Source: Balanoglossus misakiensis
Taxonomy: Eukaryota; Animalia; Hemichordata
Assembly (NCBI GenBank): GCA_040954595.2
Contig: CM082577.2
Coordinates: 16,499,903-16,563,902, forward strand
DNA: 64,000 nucleotides
Direction of reading: 5' to 3'
Shown here: positions 12,833-24,900 of the stretch, one piece after another
How the letters are laid out: each line of letters begins with the position of its first letter
Position numbering within the stretch: position 1 is the first letter of the stretch
Program-made: the position numbers and the translations under genes
Notes under the pieces: generated by a model
What the model was told of the DNA's origin: nothing
The model's input: the letters and a program-made list of their open reading frames with translations, nothing else
The model's database searches: none

Positions 12833-13068
12833 TTTATTACTTGATTAGTATCGATATGAAAGAATGATTACAAAGTGGTGAAGAAACACTTAATACTTGT
12901 ACATAAGCTTAGAACTCTAAATCAACAATATATGGACGTGTTGAATGATACATAGCAGAACTAGATAAAAGTTGGGAGTGTTACGACTCCTCTTCATGAA
13001 ATGTCATGATGCTTGCAGCATTGATCGGTGTCCTTTCTTCAGGCTTGTTCCAGTTATGGCATTGTAGC
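12833..13068 (-). other. Probable non-coding terminal exon and polyA signal of the micro-exon gene
   Basis: Strong acceptor cttttatttgcttttag at 13070-13069 and AATAAA at 12838-12833 on the minus strand. Confidence 0.55.
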
Positions 13069-13424
13069 CTAAAAGCAAATAAAAGTACACATTAAAATGT
13101 TTGAATTCGTGACACACACACGCAAGCTAAAGTATTTTTGCTGCAGTCCAAAAGTACAGCACAAACAAATTTCGCGAGATCTCGTATAAGCGAGAAATCG
13201 TATACTAGTTTTTGTGGATATTTTAGGATATTTAGTATGTTTAATTAATTTGTGCTTATATGGCAGCCAAATTTGGTCTAGTCCAACTTATCTTGCTTGC
13301 TATCTATGGGCGTTAACTTACGTTCCATAGTTGACCAATTATCGTGACGAATTTATCAGCCAAACGATAACAAAAAGACTTTTACCAAATTATAAAAAGT
13401 TTGCGTAGGGCAATACACACCTTA

Positions 13425-13592
13425 TTAGTACGGATCTGCAAATAAAGATAAGAAAATTAACACATATCAATTGTTACTCAAGCAAATGTAAATGTATTAA
13501 CATGTCAATATGTACACACACATGCACACACACACACACACACATACATACATACATACATACATACATACATACATACATACATACATACA

Positions 13593-13623
<31 letters not shown>

Positions 13624-15285
13624 CTGAAAAAAAATTAAGCAGAGTTTGACTTACTACCGGCACTCCATGTATCTAGAAAGAAAACAACAAAATACATTTT
13701 AGCACGTGTTTCTTTCATGAAAATATTTAAATAAATACACATACAAAAACTCAAAACGAACAAACACAAAAAACACTCAAGATTGTGCGTAATTAGTGGC
13801 TTATTTATGGTGACTTTTATAGAGATAAATTTTCGACAATGTTATCATCTGTTGTGTTTTGGATTTTCATCTGTTATTATACATACATACATACATACAT
13901 ACATACATACATACATACATACATACATACATACATACATACATAACAGAAAAGCTGTACAGTAATACTTACTACCGCCACCCCATGTATCTAGAAATAA
14001 ATAAAACAAAAAATGTATTAATAATATGTTTGTGGTCATGAAAAATTTTAAATTTGTTTATAAGTCAGGTGTTACAGTCAGTATGTAGTGACGGATAGCA
14101 ATATTTTGACATTTAACGCCTAAGTGAAGCATGGTTATTATCTTTTCAGATTGCTGTTTTTTGTAGACTGTGTTTGATTACAAGATGATTCATGCTGACT
14201 AGTGCTTAAAGCATGAGGTTTCCTCTACAGTACCTTACAATGTTACTGTGCGTTGTATGTCATGTTGGTGATCTTCATTTAGGATTTAACATGTATACAC
14301 ACATCAAATACATACACACATAAATACATACACACACATACATACATACAAACAAGATAAATTGTGCAGAGTAATACTTACTACCGCCATTGGTATCTAC
14401 AATGAAAGAACAGAACATAACACTTGTTACTACATGTTTTTGGTCATGTAAATGTGTAAATTCCTGTACGATTCGGGTGTTACTGACAAGTTGTATTGCC
14501 TGATAACAAGAGATTAATATTTGACCAGAAATAAAAGCATGCCTATTGTATGGCCAGCTTGGGCAGTTTTTTGTAGATTGTGTGTAATTAGTAGCTAATT
14601 TATTTTGACTTTTAAAGAGAGAGAGTTTCCTCTCCAAATATATTAAAATGTTAATATGTGTCATATGTTGCATTTTGGATCTCATTCTATTGTTATCATT
14701 ACATAAATACATATAAGAAAAACTGAACAGAGTAAGACTTACTTCCGCCGCCCCATGTATCTAGGAAGAAAACAACAAAAATGTATATTAGCACATGTTT
14801 GCGGCAGTGAAGATGTTTAAATCAATTTACATATAAACAAAAAAACAAACAAACACACATACATACATACAAGATAAACTGTGCAGAGTAATACTTACTA
14901 CCGCCATTGGTATCTACAATGAGAAAACAGAACATAACGTTTGTTACTACATATTTTTGGACATGTCATTGTTTAAATTTTTGTACATATTCAGGTGTTA
15001 CCGACAATATGTATTGACTGATAACAAGAGATTAATATTTGACCAGAAAAAACTGCATGGCTATTGCTTGTTATCATTACATACATACATATAAAAACAA
15101 CTGTGCAGAGTGATACTTACTACCGCCGCCCCATGTATCTAGAACAAAAGCAACAAACATGTATTACTACTTGTTTGTGGTCATGGAAATGTTTACATTT
15201 CTTTAGAAGTCAGGTAGTACAGTCAATATGTGTTGACAGATAGCGAGGGATTAAAATTTGATGCCAAAGTGAAGCATGGTTATTA

Positions 15286-15316
<31 letters not shown>

Positions 15317-15872
15317 CATACATACATACATACATACATACATACATACATACATACATACATACATACAAACAAGATTAACTGTGCAGAGTAATACTTA
15401 CTACCGCCATTGGTATCTACAATGAAAGAACAGAACATAAGACTTGTTACTACATGTTTTTGGTCATGTAATTGTTTAAATTTGTGTAGGATTCAGGTGT
15501 TAGTGACAATTTGTATTGACTGATAACAAGAGATTAATATTTGACCTGAAATAAAAGCATGCCTATTGTTTAGCCAGCTTGGGCATCCTTTTGTAGATTG
15601 TGTGTATTTATAGCTGGTTTATGTTGACTATTAAAGAGTGAGAGTTTCCTCTCCAAATATATTAAATGTTAATATGTGTCATATGTTGCATTTTGGATCT
15701 CATTCTATTGTTATCATTACATAAATACATATAAGAAAAACTGAACAGAGTAAGACTTACTTCCGCCGCCCCATGAATCTTGGAAGAAAACAATAACAAA
15801 TGTATATTAGTACATGTTTGCGGCGGTGAAGATGTTTAAATCAATTCACATATTAACCAACAACAAAAAATG

Positions 15873-15914
<42 letters not shown>

Positions 15915-18900
15915 TACATACAAGATTATCTGTGCAGAGTAATACTTACTACCGCCATTAGTATCTACAATGAGAAAACAGAACATAACGTTTGTTACTA
16001 CATGTTTTTGGTCATGTACATGTAATTGTTCAAATTTATGTAGGAGTCAGGTGTTACTGACAATATGTATTGACTGATAACAAGAGATTAATATTTGACC
16101 AGAAAAAATGCATGGCTATTGCTTGTTATCATTACATACATACATATAAAAACAACTGTGCAGAGTGATACTTACTACCGCCGCCCCATGTATCTAGAAC
16201 AAAAGCAACAAAACATGTATTACTACTTGTTTGTGGTCATGGAAATGTTTAAATTTCTTTAGAAGTCAGGTAGTACAGTCAATATGTGTTGACAGATAGC
16301 GAGGGATTAAAATTTGATGCCAAAGTGAAGCATGTTTATAATTTTGCCAGATTGCTTTTTTGTACATTGTTTTTGATTTGTAAATGATTTATGTTGACTT
16401 TGATGCTTAAAGGGAAAGGTTACCTCTGCAGTACCTTGCAATGTTATTGTGTGTTTAATGTCATGTTGGTGATTTCATCCAGTATTTAAAATACATACAT
16501 ACATACATACATACATACATACATACATACATACATACATACATACATACATACATACATACATACATACATACATACATACATACATACATACATACAT
16601 ACATACATACATACATACATACATACATACAAACAAACAAACAAGATTAACTGTGCAGAGTAATACTTACTACCGCCATTGGTATCTACATTAAAAGAAC
16701 AGAACATAACACTTGTTACTACATGTTTTTGGTCATGTAAATGTGTAAATTTCTGTAGGTATCAGGTACATACATACATACATACATACATACATACATA
16801 CATACATACATACATACATACATACATACATACATACATACATACATACATACATACATACATACATACATACATACATACATACATACATACATACATA
16901 CATACATACATAAATACACACATACATACATACATACGTATCAGAAAAACTTTACAGATTAATACTCACTTCCACCCATCCACGCGTCTAGAAAGAGAGA
17001 TCAGAATATAACATATCAGATTGATACTGTTGCATAGGAATTCAGGTGTTAGTGTCGAAATGTATTGATAGTGATATATTTAATTTTGACGCCAAAGTAA
17101 AGCATTGTCAATGCACATGGATAAAAAGGCATAAAAGCAAGGCTGCCAATTAAGTTGTTCAATTGCTGTTTTTGTATTATTTGTTGGCCGCACCTTATCT
17201 AATTCGCATAATCAGTTGTCTTTTAAGGCACACCATCCTTAAAGTAATGCTACTGTATTTTCATGTTCATTACAGCAGGATACCATTTCTAATACCTTGT
17301 TTAATTGTTATTTTTTGCTAAACCATTAATGTAGGCCCTTTGTGATAAGAAGTACAATCATGTGCGAAGTTTAAATGCTAAACAATTCATATTGAGCAGA
17401 TGCACTGATTAAGTCGATATGAAAACTACTTGTTTAATCAATGGAAAGATATAACTGCCTTTCTCACGTGCCGTCAACGCCGCCCCAGCGGCGGTGCTAG
17501 GGCGGCGTTAATTTGTAAGTGCCACGTGTGAAAAGGTGAGAGCAGCCCTGCTCCGCTCTTTTTTGTGTGACGGTGTTGAGGGGTGGGACCTGGGTCGGGG
17601 CGCCGCACTAAACAGCGATTCAAATCACGTGTGAACAGAAACACCGCACTAAACGCCGATCTAAACGCACTCTGCCGACGCGGTTTGAGGGGATACAAGT
17701 GGCAGTTTCTAATGAGCTTGCATGTAAAATTACCCCTCTGAAAAGAGCGATGTTTAGCACCTTGCTTAGTCAACGGTCAATTTGCCTTGTTGCTGATGGT
17801 CATCAGTAAAATGAGGAGCCCCAAAACCTACAGGCAAAGCCTTGAGGTAGTCGGAACTTACTGCAGCTGGGGCTCTGCTGAAAAAATTGAGACGCCCAGT
17901 GGAAGTGGTAGTGAAACTTGTAGCAAAGTTCATGGTGATAATTGCTAGGCAACTAGGTCTTGCCATTGTCTGGCTAAAAATACATCCCTGTGCGTGAATA
18001 AATTAAAAACGTCTTTGTCCCAAGGGACCAACTCAAAGCGTTCCCACATCCCCGTATGCTTTTACTACTAGCATGGAGTCATGCTACTAGTATATTACGC
18101 ACTGGTTTCAAAGCTGTAAGACTCACAGGCGGTACCGTAGAAGCGCTTATACTTATAGGATGACTGTACAAAAACTGGAAAAGTGTGGATTTTCTCGGAT
18201 CTTCCATTTATTTGATGTGGAACAACAAATGGGACAAGTGGCGAAATGTGTCCTTGATTTTCAATCGCACCATGAAGCCTATTTGAACCTAATTTGCATA
18301 AATGTCCCAGGGGTCGTTCTGGCACTTTGACTCATTTTTACCCCCATTGTTTCATCTTTTTGTAAAGAATAATTATTTTTTCCTGGTCGAACCGAAGGAT
18401 AGATTACGGTATACGCTGTTTGGGTATAAGTCCAGAGCTACATATACAGTAAACACATCTCTGAATCCGCCATTGTGACCTTTAGCCACTCTGCTGTGGA
18501 CGCATTGAGTGCGGTGACCCCGTCCCTTTTATACACATGTGAATGCAAAACTATTTGAGTCGCTGATAAGAAATGTTTACCAACTTTTATAATCCAAAAA
18601 AGGGCGCCCTAATCATTGCACGTGTGCAAGCGACTATAAAGTGAACTCTATCGTAATTTTATTTTGTTCTGGTCAGTTAAAACAACAGTGCGTTTGTGAT
18701 CACTTTTCCTCATGGCCTATGCTGGTGGCATATCTGATAAATAAGAACATTTTAAATTCATGGTTGAATGCGCAAGTTTTGGAAACTTACCGAAATGTGT
18801 GATTGCGCAGCATCGTAAAAGTAAAAAAAAATGTAGAAAATGTACTGCATTTTTCAAGACAGGCTTTTAGAATCACAATTTTAAATGTGTAAACAGCTGC

Positions 18901-21900
18901 CAATTTTTGAACGATTTTCATGATTTCACTTTCAAACAGAGAGGTCAATTTAAATAAATTTGCTGGTGTGTGTACAGAAACATATTATCAACAACTAATT
19001 TTGGCTGTTCATTTAAATATGAACAAGTTAAATAATTAACGCATGTTGCACCCATTTTTTCAGCTGCCCATTGCAAGAGTACACCACTATCGTAATATTT
19101 ATACTTGTCTATATAGCTGTCAAGGCATTTTGATAATCTTACCTCGAGTTTGTTCTGCTACGCGTTCTACTTCATGCATGTTTGGATGGCCGCCGTCTAT
19201 TTTGATAAGAAATATAATGCAATCAGAGATCAATCAATCAATCAACAAAGTTTATATAGCGCCAAAATCCAAAAAGAAATTTTGCCCAATGACGCTCATG
19301 GTTAAACCACACTGTATGCTCTTTCGAACATATGAGTTTTCAGTTTTCTTTTGAAAGTCTCCAGGTTTGTTGATTCCCTGATGTCAAGAGGTAGTGCGTT
19401 CCACAGTTTAGGTGCTGCATAGGAGAAGGCACGGCCGCCATAAGTCTTGTTTTTGTAGGTTGTACATGTTAAAGGTTTCTTGGTGGAAGAACGCAGTGTA
19501 CGAGTGGGAGTGTATGGCTGCAATAGATCACTGATGTATGCTGGAGTCTGGTTTTGGATAACTTTGAAAGTTATCAACAAAATTTTGTAGTCGATCCTGA
19601 GACGAACTGGTAACCAATGGAGCTGGGCAAGAACTGGAGTGATAGGCGTGAATTTCCTAGTGCGCATGACTATTCTGGCTGAAGTATTCTGAGCTCTTTG
19701 AAGTAGGGCGATTGTGTTTTCTGGGAGGCCATACAGGAGTGAGTTACAGTAGTCAAGTTTGGCAGATAGAGTTGCATGTACTAAGGTTTGGCAAGTCTCG
19801 TTGGTTATGTAACGTCGTATAGATCCAATTCGGCGGAGGTGACTGTAGATCGATTTGCAGGTGTACTTTATGTGCTGACTGAACATATGATTACTGTCGA
19901 AGATCATGCCTATATTGCGAGCAGATGAGACTGGTGTAACATAAGTGGAACCAATGTTGACACTGTTAACAGGATCTGGTGAGGTGTTAAACTTGGAGCG
20001 AATCAGGAGGACTTCGGTTTTACTGTCATTAAGCTGGAGTTTATTATGAGTCATCCATTCCTTGATGTCGAGAATGCAGGTTTCAATCGAAGACAGGGCT
20101 GCGGGAGAGTCACGATGAGAAAATGAAAGATAAAGCTGGTTGTCATCTGCGTACTGGTGAAAATGTAGATTGTGCTTGTGTATCAAATTTGATAGTGGAG
20201 CAATGTAGATAGTAAACAAGAGAGGCCCGAGAACTGAGCCCTGAGGGACGCCGAAGCTGAGTTCTGATGGTTCACTGATGACATCGTTGATTTTAACAGA
20301 CTGTTCCCGTTGCTTCAAATATGAAGTGAACCATTTGAGTGCGACACCGGAGATACCAAGATGCGAGAGTCGATGAAGTAGTATATTGTGATCAATTGTG
20401 TCAAAAACAGCGGAGAGATCAAGGAGGATGAGAAGAACATAGTTGCCAGAGTCCACGGATAAACAGATGTCGTTGTGTACTTTCAGAAGTGCAGTTTCTG
20501 TACTGTGGTATTTTCTGTATGCTGACTGTAATGGTACCTGGAGAGAGTTTTTGGTGAGGTAGTCAGTGATTTGAGCCGCGACGATCTTCTCGAGTACTTT
20601 GGAAAGAAATGGAAGATTGGAAACAGGGCGATAATTCTTGAGTATATTGAAATCCAGGGACGGTTTCTTCAGGAGTGGAGTGACGATAGCTGATTTGAAT
20701 AGTCGTGGAAATACACCAGTGTGGAGGGACAAATTGACAACTTCTGTGATGAATGGAAGTAGTGAGTCGAGACATTTCTTGAGCAGTGAGGTTGGAATTG
20801 GATCGAGGCAGCATGACTTCGTTGGCGAGTGGACTATGACTTTCTTGACATCTTCTGTATTAACTGAGTTGAATTGTGATAAACTGGATGTAGAGATGAT
20901 TTCGAAAATGTCCTGCTGCCTTGTCGAAGTGTTCAGGTTGAGGTTGTTTCTGATGTCGCTGATTTTCTTGATGAAATATTTGCTAAAACGCTGTGTAAGC
21001 TCTAGAGTGGAGGTATGGGTGGGTACAGATATTGGCTTATGGAACAGTGATGAAGTGGTTCTAAACAGTGTTCTTTGATTATCTGCGTTGTCCTTTATGA
21101 GATTGGTGTAGTAGTTGCGCTTAGCTTGACGAATTAGCGTGTTGACCAGGTGACATCTATCTTTGTAGATCTGGAGGTGAATCTCCAGTTTAGTAGAGCG
21201 CCATTTATGTTCAGCTGATCTTCTTTGCTGTTTTGCTTGGCGTATATCAGTGGTGTACCATTTTGTATTTGGTCTGATGGTTTCGATGCGTGTCATGAGA
21301 GGTGCATGTTGATCTAGGAGATTGGAGAGGTGTCTATTGTAGGCGGCTATAGCTGAATGGACATCGGTTTGAGGCTGATGAAAGTCGGGTATGGCGATAA
21401 TGTCCGTGGAGAAGACAGTAGAGGAGATTGAAGATATGGAGCGATACTTGAATTGACGTTTCTGGAGTGGTGGCTTCTGTAACATAACCTTGGCATGGAC
21501 AGGGCTGTGATCAGAGAGAATTGGATGATGAATATCTATCGAATCAATGACCGACTCAGAGTTTGTGATGATTAAATCCAGGATATGACCGCGTATATGA
21601 GTTGAGCTTTGTACCCATTGTTTCATGCCACATGAGTCAATAACATCGGTAAATTTCTTTGTGTTGGTATTCTGTGAATCATCAATATGTAAGTTGAAAT
21701 CGCCGACAATAAACAGGTGGCTATTGCATGTGCTGAACTGCTCCAGCAAAACACCAAATTCGGACAGGAATTGTGGTCTTGTGAGTCTATTCTTCTTATT
21801 TGGAGGGGGACGATATAGTATAATAAGTTTGATTGAAATTCCGCGGTGAGACAGAGTGGCTAATGAAGCTTCAAAGGATTTAAAGTTGAACGGTTTCCAT

Positions 21901-24900
21901 GAAGAAAGTTTCATAGTTGACTTGTAAACAAGGGCAACACCCCCGCCAGATGATGTCTTGCGTGGCGTTTGACAAAATGAGTACCCTTGGGGAGTGCATT
22001 CATTGATGACGTGGTTATTGGTGTCATTCATCCAAGTTTCAGTCATGGCTAATAAATCTATGTTCTGTTCAGTGATGTAATCGCCAACTACAGTTGCTTT
22101 GTTGCAGATTGATCTAACATTCCAATTTGTGAGATGGAGTTTGGTTTGTCGGAGTATTGGCTTGCATTGGTCACTTGTCGATGACACTGAAAGCGACTGT
22201 GTGTTACAATTGGATGTAATGTGTTGATGCAGCTGGGGAACAGTTGTGGGGAATTTCTGTTTGCGGGTGCCTGCTCTTACCCCACGATGAGTTGCTGGTC
22301 TTCCTTGCAGTTATATACCCAGAAATTTATTGACAGTGTTATTACGCCCGCCCGCCGTCCTTCGGACGTTCACCTCCTTCGGACGCTTCTGCGGGGAATC
22401 AGCCACGTCCGAAGGTTGACGGCGTAACTTCTCTCCATCTCCTTCTCCAACCAACATATTCATAAAGTCCGAGAGAGGTACCCGGCAGATCGTAAACCTT
22501 TCGTAGACAGAGACTTGCAACAAGTTTTCCGAGTAACACAAAGTTCTGGTTTATTACTGGTCACACGTAAGAATTACACGACTCGATCCATGCTCGTTGA
22601 CTCCCATCACGGATCTCCGGTGATAAACGTGTGATCTCAAATTTCACCACACCTTATTAATATGTTAGTCAAGTATTAAGTCATAAAAGGAACACGTCAT
22701 CTTAATATTTCTTAAACATGAACTTAGCGCGTGATATCTCTATCTCCTTCTGACATGTATCAATTACACAATCTTGTTTACTCTGGGTCAAGTACCTATG
22801 TCAATACTGGACTAAAACCATACAAGTGAATGACTTCTTACTTAATCATAAACAAGATCTATGATCGTTAAAACTCAATCGTGACACTTCCCACTTTTCC
22901 AATAATCGAACTTCCACGTTCGATCAAAGAAAGAATGAAAACGAAAACCAGGTCTGCGCTATCGGTTTTAAATAAACTACGTCAAAATCAAACTCAATAA
23001 TCACCTTTAAAATATCACAGCCTGTTCAAACAAATTGAAGAAAATCGCATAAAACGTTTTCAATGTCAAAATTCAAAACGACGTCACTGTTCTGACTTCT
23101 CGTCAAAGAGTGTCTCTTTTCCAGTGCAAAATTCAACAGTCAATAACCGCGTAAAAAAATCAAGTCTGATAGTTCTTTCGTACAAACATAATACACTTCA
23201 TCATACTGTCACGTTCAAAAATAACCACGACAATGGAAATAAAATTCTTATGTGAAAGGATGCGTAAAACTACAATAAAATCAACTACACTCTGGGACTT
23301 CTCTCTTGTCCCTCGTATGAACTCACATGCCAACTCAAGGGGCCATTTTCATACGCCAGACCGTCTCCCTTGCGGTCATCAAAACATCACGACTTCATCA
23401 CCAGACCGTCTCTCTTGCGGTCATCACAAAAACTTCAACAACTCCTCAAAAACCTATAAAACTTCACTACACTTCACGGCATCACTTCAACAAAAGAATA
23501 CACATTTACAATGTCGAAAACAAGGCAAAAACTTAGTGGAAAACAATATCAAATCAAAAGCGGTTAATAAAACTCACGTCATCAGAGTAGACAAAGAAAA
23601 TACGATCACGCAATATTTCAATGATCAAATCTCCCAAACTATAGATTAAAAAGGCTGATTATTCAGTTCAATGTCATTCTATCACAGTTCTTTTGCGATA
23701 GCAGACGATTCAAGAGTCTTCCCTTCTTCATTCCACGAGACCTCTTTTCTTCGTCGCCCGAACTGCTTCAACTACATGCTTCTGGATACGACGCCCCTCT
23801 GATCAAACAACAGATCCATCGTTGAAAACCCGTCCACGCATTCCATGCAGTCAACAGTCAGCACCAACCTTTTTTCTGTTCTCGTTTCCTTCTGAAGCAG
23901 ACCATTGAATCGTCAGTTTCGCCAGCTTTTTCTCTTCTTTCTCGGTTCAGGAATCAGTTGCAACATCTCTGCCTACCCGGATTCTAACACCATGTGTTAT
24001 TACGCCCGCCCGCCGTCCTTCGGACGTTCACCTCCTTCGGACGCTTCTGCGGGGAATCAGCCACGTCCGAAGGTTGACGGCGTAAATTCTCTCCATCTCC
24101 TTCTCCAACCAACATATTCATAAAGTCCGAGAGAGGTACCCGGCAGATCGTAAACCTTTCGTAGACAGAGACTTGCAACAAGTTTTCCGAGTAACACAAA
24201 GTTCTGGTTTATTACTGGTCACACGTAAGAATTACACGACTCGATCCATGCTCGTTGACTCCCATCACGGATCTCCGGTGATAAACGTGTGATCTCAAAT
24301 TTCACCACACCTTATTAATATGTTAGTCAAGTATTAAGTCATAAAAGGAACACGTCATCTTAATATTTCTTAAACATGAACTTAGCGCGTGATATCTCTA
24401 TCTCCTTCTGACATGTATCAATTACACAATCTTGTTTACTCTGGGTCAAGTACCTATGTCAATACTGGACTAAAACCATACAAGTGAATGACTTCTTACT
24501 TAATCATAAACAAGATCTATGATCGTTAAAACTCAATCGTGACAACAGGCATAATCCAATATAAGTTTGCAAATGCGACTTTAAAATAAAACCTCTCTTG
24601 GTAGTGATCTCGTGCAGATACGGCACTATACAAGGCATGTGTATACTAATTGAATATGAACTGATTACATATTACGCGATAATAAAATGGCATTTAACGA
24701 AACTAGGCTGCTGATGTTACTTCTGATATTCAGGCAAGCCAAACATTATTATCCCCTACCTCGTCTTGCATCTGCTACTCGGTCTTTTCCATAATGTTCT
24801 AATGCGGCAGCGTCTATTTTGAAATAAATCGGCGACATACGTAAAAGTAAAATGACAAGCGGGAAAAGAAATGAAAAAGTAGATGTAGCCCTAACTGTAT

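Noticed and set aside
12982-13068. Coding terminal exon LQCHNWNKPEERTPINAASIMTFHEEES*
   Set aside because: It needs phase 2, but the upstream micro-exons are all phase 1, which gives NPY-TAA-TAA in the preceding exon. Treated as 3' UTR.
13640-17000. CRISPR-like array (conserved core of about 35 nt recurring 12 times)
   Set aside because: The spacers are 140-500 bp and homologous to each other, there are no cas genes, and the context is eukaryotic. The cores are splice-site-flanked micro-exons.
13783-17011. ORFs with YIHT/MYVC repeats in the ORF track
   Set aside because: Translations of (TACA)n microsatellites.
17455-17770. GC-rich imperfect palindromic segment as a structured ncRNA
   Set aside because: No tRNA/snRNA/SRP hallmarks; more likely an eroded transposon fragment, and boundaries could not be supported.
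20563-21849. Overlapping and antisense ORFs within the LINE
   Set aside because: Shadow frames of the 961-aa ORF with no motifs.
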